Assembly (NCBI GenBank): GCA_937863565.1
Contig: CALMGJ010000005.1
Location: 1 to 40,655 of the forward strand
Direction of reading: 5' to 3'
Length of the DNA stretch: 40,655 nucleotides
Source of the DNA: an uncultured bacterium
Lineage (GTDB): Bacteria; AUK180
The notes under the pieces are model-generated. The model was not told the origin of the DNA. It searched no databases and worked only from the letters and a program-made list of their open reading frames with translations. The position numbers and the translations under genes are program-made. Below are positions 16,669 to 24,171 of this stretch, piece by piece (within the stretch, counting starts at the first letter, position 1; each line of letters begins with the position of its first letter).

Positions 16669-17039
16669 ATCTTAAAAACGATAAGAAGCGCGATGATCGT
16701 CCCATAGATGGCGATACCTTCAGCGAGGCCCACATAGAGTATCGTCCTCCCGAACAGTTCGGGCTTTTCAACGATAGCTCCGATTGAGGCCGTGGCTACT
16801 TTTTCAACCGCTTTCCCGGCCGCCAGCGAACCCAGGCTGACGGCAATGCAAGCAGCAAGAGCGCCCGCCATGAATTTGAAGAAGTCGGCATTTCCACGGT
16901 CTGCAGGCGCCGTTTCCTGAGCCGATGCCCTGGCCGGAACCAGAAGAAGTACGACGACCGTCGCAATAAGGACAAGTCTGATGATGGCAAAGACCTTTCT
17001 TATCTTCATCATCTTTTTTACATGGAATCGTTCGGACAT
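16665..17039 (-). CDS. atpK: V/A-type ATP synthase proteolipid subunit K/c (single hairpin plus N-terminal signal-like extension)
   Basis: GAIVEKPELFGRTILYVGLAEGIAIYG with the ion-binding Glu; RBS AGGAGG. Confidence 0.93.
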   Translation of the reverse strand: MSERFHVKKMMKIRKVFAIIRLVLIATVVVLLLVPARASAQETAPADRGNADFFKFMAGALAACIAVSLGSLAAGKAVEKVATASIGAIVEKPELFGRTILYVGLAEGIAIYGTIIALLIVFKI

Positions 17040-17048
17040 ATTCTCCTC

Positions 17049-18854
17049 CTATAATTTCAGGGGATCGTATCTGATCCCGTCCGCTGTGAAGAATTTATTG
17101 AAAAACTCATAATAATTCAATCTCATAGCCTGGATGAAAACTACCAGGCCTTCAAGAAGTATGACGATCGTGTTCCAAAGGAACAGGAAAAGAAAAGCGT
17201 TCAGGCCTTTGATGGACAATCCTTCAACCATCATCAGACCTGCGGATGAAAGGGCGAAATGCGCCAGAAGGAAAGCCCCTACTCTTATAAAGGATAATGT
17301 ATTGGAAAGAAATTCAATGAACCATATGGATACGACTATGCCCTGGGAAATGCCTTCTTCGATCCCTTCTTTCTTTGAAGTGAAGAGCACTTTTACCGTG
17401 ATACCTGCGGCGAGGATCAATGCGAAAACCAGCATCGCTCCTTTGGGTTCGACCGCCTTGCGCAAAAGAAGCACCGGGAAGGCCACTGAGGCCGAGTAAA
17501 AGATCAGGGCCATCACACCCCATTCGCCAAAAAGCATTTCAAAATATTCCTTCTCCAGGGCACGCTGAATTATATTGAGCAGTATGCCGGCAAAATTTAT
17601 AAGTATGCCGATGGCAATGGCCGCGATCAGGATCGTGGTCAGGTTGTCGCCCGGGGAAAGGAGCAGCGGACGTATCAGTGATTCATTGCCGAAAACGGAA
17701 CCGAACATCAGGCCGAAGAACACCGAAGAAGCTCCCAGAGTGAAAAGAAGCGGCGCGAAACGCCGGTATCTCCCCGAGAGCGCGAATAAAAGCCCGAAGA
17801 TGATCACTACGCTCCCGTGGCCCGCATCGGCGAACATGAAGCCGAAAAGAAGCGAATAGAAGAACGCGAAAAATGTGAGAGGGTTCACCAGGCCGTAACG
17901 GGTTATTCCGTACTGGTCCAGCAATTTCTCAAAAGGATACAGGAAAGAACTGGTACCGAACAGGGACGGGACTTTCGCCTCCCCTTTCTTTTCTTCATGT
18001 TTCTCAAAATACAGTTCGTTCCGCTTTAATAGGGTTTCGAACTCGGAGACCTTGCTTTGCGGGATCCAGCCAGTGAAGACGGACACGAATTTCCCTTCAA
18101 GGACTCCGGCGCGGAATTTGTCCACCTCACGGTAGAAGCGCATATTGAATTTAAATGACGGAATCTTTGAACAGAGCTTTTCAACGAAAGCGTTGTAGTT
18201 TAGCATGAAGTTCCGTTTTCCTTCGAGAAGTCCCCATTTTTTATTCTCGATCGCTTCGAAAATATCCTGGCCTTTCAAAAAAGCGACTTCCGAGTGGAAT
18301 TCACGCCCGCCGAGCTGTCTTACGATATCCCTTATGATGTTCTTGGAGGTTTCGCTCACGGAGATCAGAAAGAACACCGTGTATTTTCTGAATTCCTCCC
18401 AGGTTCCCATCATATCGTATTTGGTTATATACTCCGACATCATCACAGTATGCTCTTTTTTAACAAGAAAGAACAAGCTGTCCGTGGAAAGGATATTGAG
18501 CGTTTTCGGATGGGTTTCGATGAAGGCGGTGAAGCTTTGGATGATCTCCGTCCTCAAATTGAGCCTTTCCACAGCAGCGGTCATATTCGTATATTTCCTT
18601 GTAAACTCGGTCATCTCACCGGAAATGGATTCGAAATCCAGGAATTTCTCTTCTTCCCTGAATGTTCTTTTCATCGCCTTTTCGATGAAGGATATCATCG
18701 TATTTATCTTTTCGATATTCGTAAAGTCGGGCCGGGTGCGCATCTCTATATGCAGGCTGCCGTTCTTAAATATTGCCGGAAGTATGAACGGGAGCCTGTC
18801 GTTCGCCGAAGCCACCATGAATTTGTACATCTTTTCGGAAATGATGCCTGTCAT
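17049..18854 (-). CDS. atpI: V/A-type ATP synthase subunit I (a)
   Basis: GWIP, FGFMFADAGHG, LSNTLSFIRVGAF (essential Arg) and QAMRLNYYEFFNKF. Confidence 0.95.
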   Translation of the reverse strand: MTGIISEKMYKFMVASANDRLPFILPAIFKNGSLHIEMRTRPDFTNIEKINTMISFIEKAMKRTFREEEKFLDFESISGEMTEFTRKYTNMTAAVERLNLRTEIIQSFTAFIETHPKTLNILSTDSLFFLVKKEHTVMMSEYITKYDMMGTWEEFRKYTVFFLISVSETSKNIIRDIVRQLGGREFHSEVAFLKGQDIFEAIENKKWGLLEGKRNFMLNYNAFVEKLCSKIPSFKFNMRFYREVDKFRAGVLEGKFVSVFTGWIPQSKVSEFETLLKRNELYFEKHEEKKGEAKVPSLFGTSSFLYPFEKLLDQYGITRYGLVNPLTFFAFFYSLLFGFMFADAGHGSVVIIFGLLFALSGRYRRFAPLLFTLGASSVFFGLMFGSVFGNESLIRPLLLSPGDNLTTILIAAIAIGILINFAGILLNIIQRALEKEYFEMLFGEWGVMALIFYSASVAFPVLLLRKAVEPKGAMLVFALILAAGITVKVLFTSKKEGIEEGISQGIVVSIWFIEFLSNTLSFIRVGAFLLAHFALSSAGLMMVEGLSIKGLNAFLFLFLWNTIVILLEGLVVFIQAMRLNYYEFFNKFFTADGIRYDPLKL

Positions 18855-19642
18855 ATGATGAAATCGTAGAGCTTCTTGCGCTCTATCCCGAGTTCCAGAC
18901 AGTTCACGCTGGCAAGGACTATTTCGGATTGCCTTATGAAAAGGAAAAGCCTGGAGAATATAATGGAGGGGATATCGTCGAAATCGAAGACAATGCTCTT
19001 CTGGATCAGATAGGTATAGAATATCCTCCGCGCACGCTCGAAGATCCCTGAGGGGTCGTTAGATCCGAAAGCCTCTGCGAAACGGGGGAATTCGCCTGAA
19101 AGCCGTTTTATATCCTCCCCCTCGAAAATAACGCGGCGGATCAAGCTATAATCTGCCTTCAGGGTTCCCGTGCCCAAGGAGTCCGGGAGCACCTCCCTTA
19201 TTCCGTAGCTGTTCCTTATGCGGAAAAGGAATATTGTAAGAAGCAGGTCCCACCATTCATAAAAGAGCTCCCGGCCCGCCCATTTGATCCCTTCAAGAAG
19301 GCGTACCGCACGCTGCAGCTTGCCGAAGGAATTGAGAAGGTCTTTAATATCGTTCCCCCGCGTTTTAAAATCCGTGATATCCCTCATGTCCAGACCGAGA
19401 CCGGATGTTTTAAGGAAGACATTGATCTTATTGATATATTCGCTCAATATACTTCCGAAATATTCCGAAAGGCCGGTTTTGCCCTTGACGTCCTGGGTCA
19501 TGAAGAACATCTTCTTCAATCTTCTGAAGAGTTCTTCCCGGTCGCTGATATCAGTTATCTGGAGCAGTTCCTCCTTGTTGAGAAGGTATTTCTTGAAACC
19601 CTGAAGAATAATAAAGACATCATAAAGTTCAGATCTCATCAA
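18851..19642 (-). CDS. atpC: Probable V/A-type ATP synthase subunit C (d), short and divergent
   Basis: Helical 263-aa protein between G/H and I; LLNKEELLQI resembles the C-subunit N-terminus. Assigned largely by position. Confidence 0.6.
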   Translation of the reverse strand: MMRSELYDVFIILQGFKKYLLNKEELLQITDISDREELFRRLKKMFFMTQDVKGKTGLSEYFGSILSEYINKINVFLKTSGLGLDMRDITDFKTRGNDIKDLLNSFGKLQRAVRLLEGIKWAGRELFYEWWDLLLTIFLFRIRNSYGIREVLPDSLGTGTLKADYSLIRRVIFEGEDIKRLSGEFPRFAEAFGSNDPSGIFERARRIFYTYLIQKSIVFDFDDIPSIIFSRLFLFIRQSEIVLASVNCLELGIERKKLYDFII

Positions 19643-19940
19643 TAAGTTTTCTCAAGATCTCCGCGTATCTGGTTTTAAATTTTTTTTCGACGTCTTCCTT
19701 TATCTTGGAAATATAACTGTCCTGACGGGCTCTTTCCTCTCCGGTCTCTCTTGCGATACGCTCTTCCCATTTTTTCCGTGCTTCGTCTAAACTCCTGTAG
19801 AGATCGGCCTCATAGGTACGCAATTCTTCTTTATAGACCTGTTCCCATTCGGCATACTGTGTTTCCAGCTTGTCTTCAAGCTCCCGGATCGAATTGTTCA
19901 GTTCGTTGTATTTCTCAATGAATTCCTTGTCCTTTTTCAC
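19629..19940 (-). CDS. Probable V/A-type ATP synthase peripheral stalk subunit G/H
   Basis: 103-aa E/K/R-rich coiled coil at the head of the operon. Confidence 0.65.
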   Translation of the reverse strand: MKKDKEFIEKYNELNNSIRELEDKLETQYAEWEQVYKEELRTYEADLYRSLDEARKKWEERIARETGEERARQDSYISKIKEDVEKKFKTRYAEILRKLIDEI

Positions 19941-20113
19941 TACGGTGAGCCCTCCCCTTTTTCGTCTTTGCCGTCTGTCCCACCCTCAGGTTTTCCGGGC
20001 GCTTTCTCTTTGCGGAAGATCTCCTTTAAAATGAAATAGATCAGAAGCAGTACTGCCGCGATTTTGATCACGGAAAATATGAAAATCAGTACTTTCGTAA
20101 TTATGTTGGACAT
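19940..20113 (-). CDS. Small single-pass membrane protein (57 aa), first gene of the ATPase operon
   Basis: Manual translation MSNIITKVLIFIFSVIKIAAVLLLIYFILKEIFRKEKAPGKPEGGTDGKDEKGEGSP*. Its TAG overlaps the next GTG (TAGTG); below the ORF-track cutoff. Confidence 0.75.
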   Translation of the reverse strand: MSNIITKVLIFIFSVIKIAAVLLLIYFILKEIFRKEKAPGKPEGGTDGKDEKGEGSP

Positions 20114-20124
20114 AACATTATTTT

Positions 20125-20152
20125 ATTATAACACTTATTTAACGGATGTCAA
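20125..20152 (-). promoter_or_regulatory. Sigma70 promoter of the V-ATPase operon
   Basis: TTGACA-16 nt-TATAAT with a TGn extended -10. Confidence 0.8.
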
Positions 20153-20172
20153 GACTTACCGCCGTACTTCAT

Positions 20173-20431
20173 AATAGCGAACAGTGAATAGTGAACAATA
20201 AGAATGCCCATTATTTTATTACACAGTTAAAGGGTTAACGTGTTAACGGGTTGTGATGAGGAATGAGAATAGTTGAAAATTGATAATGGAAAATTGAGAA
20301 TGGACAATGGACAATTTTAAAATAATACGATCCAACCCGATAACTCTAAGGCAGGCTTATTGCCGACTCTTTACTGAATAACGGTGTAACTGTTTTTTTC
20401 ATTATTCATTTTTCACTGTTCGTTATTCACT
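20173..20431. repeat. Nested inverted short-tandem-repeat element (outer 7-mer arms, inner 8-mer arms, central 7-mer array)
   Basis: 20173-20199 and 20401-20427 are inverted (23/27). GTTAACGGGTTG (20242-20253) and CAACCCGATAAC (20333-20344) are inverted (11/12). ACAGTTA pairs with TAACTGT. Six heptamers of consensus AAT(T/G)GAN lie at 20271-20312. Confidence 0.85.
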
Positions 20432-20456
20432 AATTTGTGCTGCTTTGCCGCATCGT

Positions 20457-20753
20457 TCAGTCCCTTTTCCTGGTTCCCAGGATGCCCCCGCTGAGGAACA
20501 GTCCCGCCCCCAGCATGAAACCGAAGTTATACCATCCGCCGTTATTATGAACTTCATAGAAATGCACGGATCTCACGAAAATGGAGATTATGAAAGTGAT
20601 CGGAGCGATAAGCCCGTGCCATAGACCTTTAAGGAATCCCGCCGTTTTTCCGTTCCGGTCCGGTATCCTTTCCGACGGATTCGGGCCTGCAGCGCAGGAA
20701 ACAAGAAGGATGCACAAGGTGAACAGGATCATAATGGCAGCATATTTTTTCAT
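20457..20753 (-). CDS. Small membrane lipoprotein, hypothetical
   Basis: Lipobox LVS-C, hydrophobic segments GFLKGLWHGLIAP and YEVHNNGGWYNFGF; GGAGG RBS. Confidence 0.8.
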   Translation of the reverse strand: MKKYAAIMILFTLCILLVSCAAGPNPSERIPDRNGKTAGFLKGLWHGLIAPITFIISIFVRSVHFYEVHNNGGWYNFGFMLGAGLFLSGGILGTRKRD

Positions 20754-20763
20754 ATCGCCTCCT

Positions 20764-21846
20764 TTATATGAATTGTTTGTAAAACTCTGAAGTATCAGCG
20801 ACCGTTCTTTCTATAGAGAACCTCTTCATTATCAGTTCTCTTCCGTTCTTGCCGAATTCCTTCTGGAGAATGGGATTATTGTAAAGCTTCCGAATCCCCT
20901 CCATAAGAGAATACGCATTGGACGGTTCCACGAGAAATCCGGTCACTCCGTCCTTGACCAGTTCATCGCTGCCCGGTATCCTCGTCGCGATGACTGGCCG
21001 TCCCATTGACAGGGCCTCCCTTATCGCACCCGAAAATCCTTCCCCCGAAAGGCTGGGCATGATGAGACAATTCGAACCCGCGATGATCTTTTCCACATCC
21101 TCGCGGAATCCGAGCCCCCTGACCATTCCCGATATACCGAGCTTTTCGGCTTTTTCCAGGAACTGACGTTCATCGGTCCTGTGGCCGGCAAAGATGAAGT
21201 GGGAATTCTTAAAAATGAACTTGCCGAGCGAGATCGCTTCAAGGAGAATATCCTGTCCTTTCCATCCGAAATAATTGGCAATGCAGCAGAACATCTGATC
21301 GTCGGGAGGGATACCGAGCTCGTTTTTAATATCAAGAACGGGAGCAGTGGAGAACCTTTGCGTGTCAACGCCGCTATAGATCACTTTGATCTTCTTGGCG
21401 GGAATACCGGTCTCGGTAAGCACTTTCTTAACCCCTTCTGATACGGCGATGTAGCCATTGATCAGACGGCTTTTATATTTTATCCTCGAGAACATGTTCT
21501 GACCGAAGGAAACGCGGCGTGTAACGATGAGTTTAACCTTTTTATTGAAGAACATCTTAAGGAGCAGCATACAGGTATGGCTCTTAGAACGGTGCGTGTT
21601 GATCAGGTCAACTTTTTCTTTCCCGATTATATCCGAGACCGTCCTTATGTATTTCAGGTCTATATTGCCGCGGGGAGCAAGGCGGAAAACCCTGATGCCG
21701 GCTTTTTCGGCTTTATCGCCGAGCACGGACCCGGGCGGAGTTATGAGGATCTGCTCTATCCCCTCCATCCTTGTGAGCAATTCGAAAACCTGATTCTGGC
21801 CGCCGCTCCATGCAGTCCCCACTAGTATTTGCGCAACCTTCATCAT
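20764..21846 (-). CDS. Glycosyltransferase family 4 (GT-B)
   Basis: WSGGQNQ, IYSGVD, KGQDILLEA, MPSLSGEGFSGAIREALSMGRPVIAT and DGVTGFLV. Confidence 0.93.
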   Translation of the reverse strand: MMKVAQILVGTAWSGGQNQVFELLTRMEGIEQILITPPGSVLGDKAEKAGIRVFRLAPRGNIDLKYIRTVSDIIGKEKVDLINTHRSKSHTCMLLLKMFFNKKVKLIVTRRVSFGQNMFSRIKYKSRLINGYIAVSEGVKKVLTETGIPAKKIKVIYSGVDTQRFSTAPVLDIKNELGIPPDDQMFCCIANYFGWKGQDILLEAISLGKFIFKNSHFIFAGHRTDERQFLEKAEKLGISGMVRGLGFREDVEKIIAGSNCLIMPSLSGEGFSGAIREALSMGRPVIATRIPGSDELVKDGVTGFLVEPSNAYSLMEGIRKLYNNPILQKEFGKNGRELIMKRFSIERTVADTSEFYKQFI

Positions 21847-22787
21847 GCCTTTTCCCTGATCTTCCAGAAGGTCCCCCGTTCACCCGGAACGGGAAGGATC
21901 AAGCCTCTTTCCTCCAAAGCGGCAAGGAATTTGTTCACGATATACCGGGGAACGGCCAGTACTGCAGAGATATCCTCGGAGGTCATCGGTCTTCTCTTTA
22001 CGGTATCGAGAATGGCATTCTCCGTATCAGACCTGTATTTCTGGATCTCCGAACGGGTCTTGAACCTGGAAATGATCTCGCAGCGAGGGTGTTCCAGGAA
22101 GGAACAGATGCTCTTCAGTTCCTTTTCGTTCAATCCCTCGAGACCATCATATGCCGTGGGCCGGTCCACCGTATTAAGCTGGACCCTGTCCGGAGCGATC
22201 TTTTTTATTGCCCTTTTTAAGCTTTTCAGATCCTCTCTCCCGTCATTCACGTTTCTGGCGAAAAAGATCTCCAGCCAGATCTCGTTTCTGAAGATCTTCC
22301 TGAATTCGGAAAGACCCTTTACGGTCCCGGAGCATGTAATACCTTTCGCGGGCCGGTTGATCTTTCTGAAAGAAGATTCGCGGGCGGCATCAAGGGAAGG
22401 AAGAACAACATCTGCGGGAAGCAGGCTTTTTCTCACCGAGCTCAGGGAAAGCAGAGCTCCGTTCGTGATGACGGCGATGCGTAATTCGGGGTATAGCCTT
22501 TTGATCTCAGATACGAGAAATCCCGTTCGCGAATTCAGGAGTGGTTCGCCCGAACCGGAAAGCGTTACGAAATCAAAAGAGGCATTGTGTTCAATATAAT
22601 GCCGGAGTTCTGCCAGCACGGAGCCTATATCGATATATTCGCGCCGTACGGATGTTCTTCTGGTTGTCTTTCCGCATTCGCAGTAAAGACAGTCAAAGGT
22701 GCAGGTTTTATACGGAATGATATCGAGCCCCAAGCTCATCCCGAGCCGGCGGGAGGGTACAGGGCCGAAGATATGCCTGTATCTCAT
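21843..22787 (-). CDS. Radical SAM Fe-S protein (COG0731-like) with a C-terminal HTH-like tail
   Basis: FGPVPSRRLGMSLG, CTFDCLYC, SGSGEP, ITNG and PSLDA; TTG at 22808 is an alternative start. Confidence 0.9.
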   Translation of the reverse strand: MRYRHIFGPVPSRRLGMSLGLDIIPYKTCTFDCLYCECGKTTRRTSVRREYIDIGSVLAELRHYIEHNASFDFVTLSGSGEPLLNSRTGFLVSEIKRLYPELRIAVITNGALLSLSSVRKSLLPADVVLPSLDAARESSFRKINRPAKGITCSGTVKGLSEFRKIFRNEIWLEIFFARNVNDGREDLKSLKRAIKKIAPDRVQLNTVDRPTAYDGLEGLNEKELKSICSFLEHPRCEIISRFKTRSEIQKYRSDTENAILDTVKRRPMTSEDISAVLAVPRYIVNKFLAALEERGLILPVPGERGTFWKIREKA

Positions 22788-22804
22788 CGTTCCCCGGACA
22801 CAGC

Positions 22805-24028
22805 TCAATCCTTGCTTTCCCGGATTATATTTACGATAAGAGCGGCAGCGGTTTCCATTTCCTCCAATACGGCGAATTCATATTTCGAATGAAAATTATA
22901 GCCTCCCGTAAAAAGATTCGGAGCGGCAAGGCCCATGAAGGAAAGCCGGGCTCCGTCGGTCCCGCCCCGTATCGGATTCTTCTTGAGTTCAAGGCTCGAC
23001 ATGCCGTAGGCTCTTCTTACCACTTCTTCAATTAGGGGTTTGCGGGATATGATCTCTTTCATGTTCCTGTAGGATTCCTTGAACACGAGTTCGGTCCTGA
23101 CTTTAGGAAATCTTGCCTGCACCTTACCCTTGCAGCTTTCAAGGACCTTCTTGAACCTTTCGATGCCTCCGGATTCGAAATCCCTGATAATGAAATCCAC
23201 TCTTGTTCTGTTCACATCGCCCTCGACCTTGTCGAAGTGGATGAAACCCTCCCTGTCTTTCGTGCATTCAGGAGAGAAAGCGTCTTCTACTTCCGATATG
23301 AAAAGGGAAGAGGCTCTTACCGAATTGATCATTTTCCTGTAAGCGCTTCCCGGATGAGTGTTAAATCCGATGAATTCGGCATACCCGTTCACTGCATTGA
23401 AATTCTCATCTTCGTAATAAGGGGCCTCTGAACCGTCCACGGTGAACGCGAAATCCGGTTTGAAATACTCCAGGTTGAAATAAGCCGTTCCTTTCCCTAT
23501 CTCCTCGTCCGGAGTGAAGGCCACGTATACATCTCCATGTTCGATCTCGTTGTGTTCCCTGATATACCGGCATGCCGAAATGATCTCGGCGAGGCCGGCT
23601 TTATCGTCCGCTCCGAGCAAAGTATCCCCCGATGCATGAATGACCGTTTTGCCCTTCTTACCCTCAAGGTCCGGATTTTCAGAGGGATCTATGATCATGC
23701 CGCGTTCATTATTGATAACTATGCTTCCTCCCGTGTATGTAATTACTTTAGGCTTCACATTGATCGCCGATTCCTCGAACGAAGTATCAAGATGCGCAAT
23801 AAATCCTATCGAAAGTCCAGGGCTTTTCGTGTTCGCGGCGATCTTTCCGTAAAGATAACCTCTCCTTTCATCAAAAAAAATATCGTCAAACCCTATAACC
23901 TCCATATCCCTTTTTACCATTCTCGCAAGTTCTATCTGCCCTTCCGTAGAAGGTGTGCGGGGACTTAAAGGATCGCTTTTCGTATTCACGGCCACGTATT
24001 TCAGGAAATAGTCAAGGATATACTTCAT
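22805..24028 (-). CDS. pepT: Peptidase T (M20B tripeptidase)
   Basis: PSTEGQ, AHLDTS, LLGADDKAG, FTPDEEIG, IRGGTDGARLS and NFHS. Confidence 0.95.
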   Translation of the reverse strand: MKYILDYFLKYVAVNTKSDPLSPRTPSTEGQIELARMVKRDMEVIGFDDIFFDERRGYLYGKIAANTKSPGLSIGFIAHLDTSFEESAINVKPKVITYTGGSIVINNERGMIIDPSENPDLEGKKGKTVIHASGDTLLGADDKAGLAEIISACRYIREHNEIEHGDVYVAFTPDEEIGKGTAYFNLEYFKPDFAFTVDGSEAPYYEDENFNAVNGYAEFIGFNTHPGSAYRKMINSVRASSLFISEVEDAFSPECTKDREGFIHFDKVEGDVNRTRVDFIIRDFESGGIERFKKVLESCKGKVQARFPKVRTELVFKESYRNMKEIISRKPLIEEVVRRAYGMSSLELKKNPIRGGTDGARLSFMGLAAPNLFTGGYNFHSKYEFAVLEEMETAAALIVNIIRESKD

Positions 24029-24046
24029 TTAGTTCTCCATAGGGAT

Positions 24047-24075
24047 ATTTTACATTGAACATGGGATTAATTCAA
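24047..24075 (-). promoter_or_regulatory. Sigma70-type promoter of pepT
   Basis: TTGAAT-17 nt-TAAAAT, followed by a GGAG RBS and ATG. Confidence 0.6.
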
Positions 24076-24130
24076 GGGGGATATCCTTTTTCTTGGCGTA
24101 TCAGGTCGAATAATGATCGGGAAAGGAGAT

Positions 24131-24161
24131 AAGAAAAGGGGCGGACAAAAGCCCGCCCCTT
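24131..24161 (-). terminator. Intrinsic terminator after the OMP gene
   Basis: Minus strand AAGGGGCGGGC-TTTT-GTCCGCCCCTT-TTCTT. Confidence 0.85.
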
Positions 24162-24171
24162 ATGGAATCAT

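Noticed and set aside
20173-20431. Intergenic repeats as CRISPR, tRNA, riboswitch or a classical IS/MITE
   Set aside because: There is no repeat-spacer pattern, cloverleaf or recognisable riboswitch core, and no transposase or clear target-site duplication. It is kept only as an unexplained element.
12580-22599. Long plus-strand ORFs (e.g. 12580-13353, 18205-18858, 21829-22599)
   Set aside because: They are antisense to well-supported genes and have no motifs or RBS; they are shadow ORFs.
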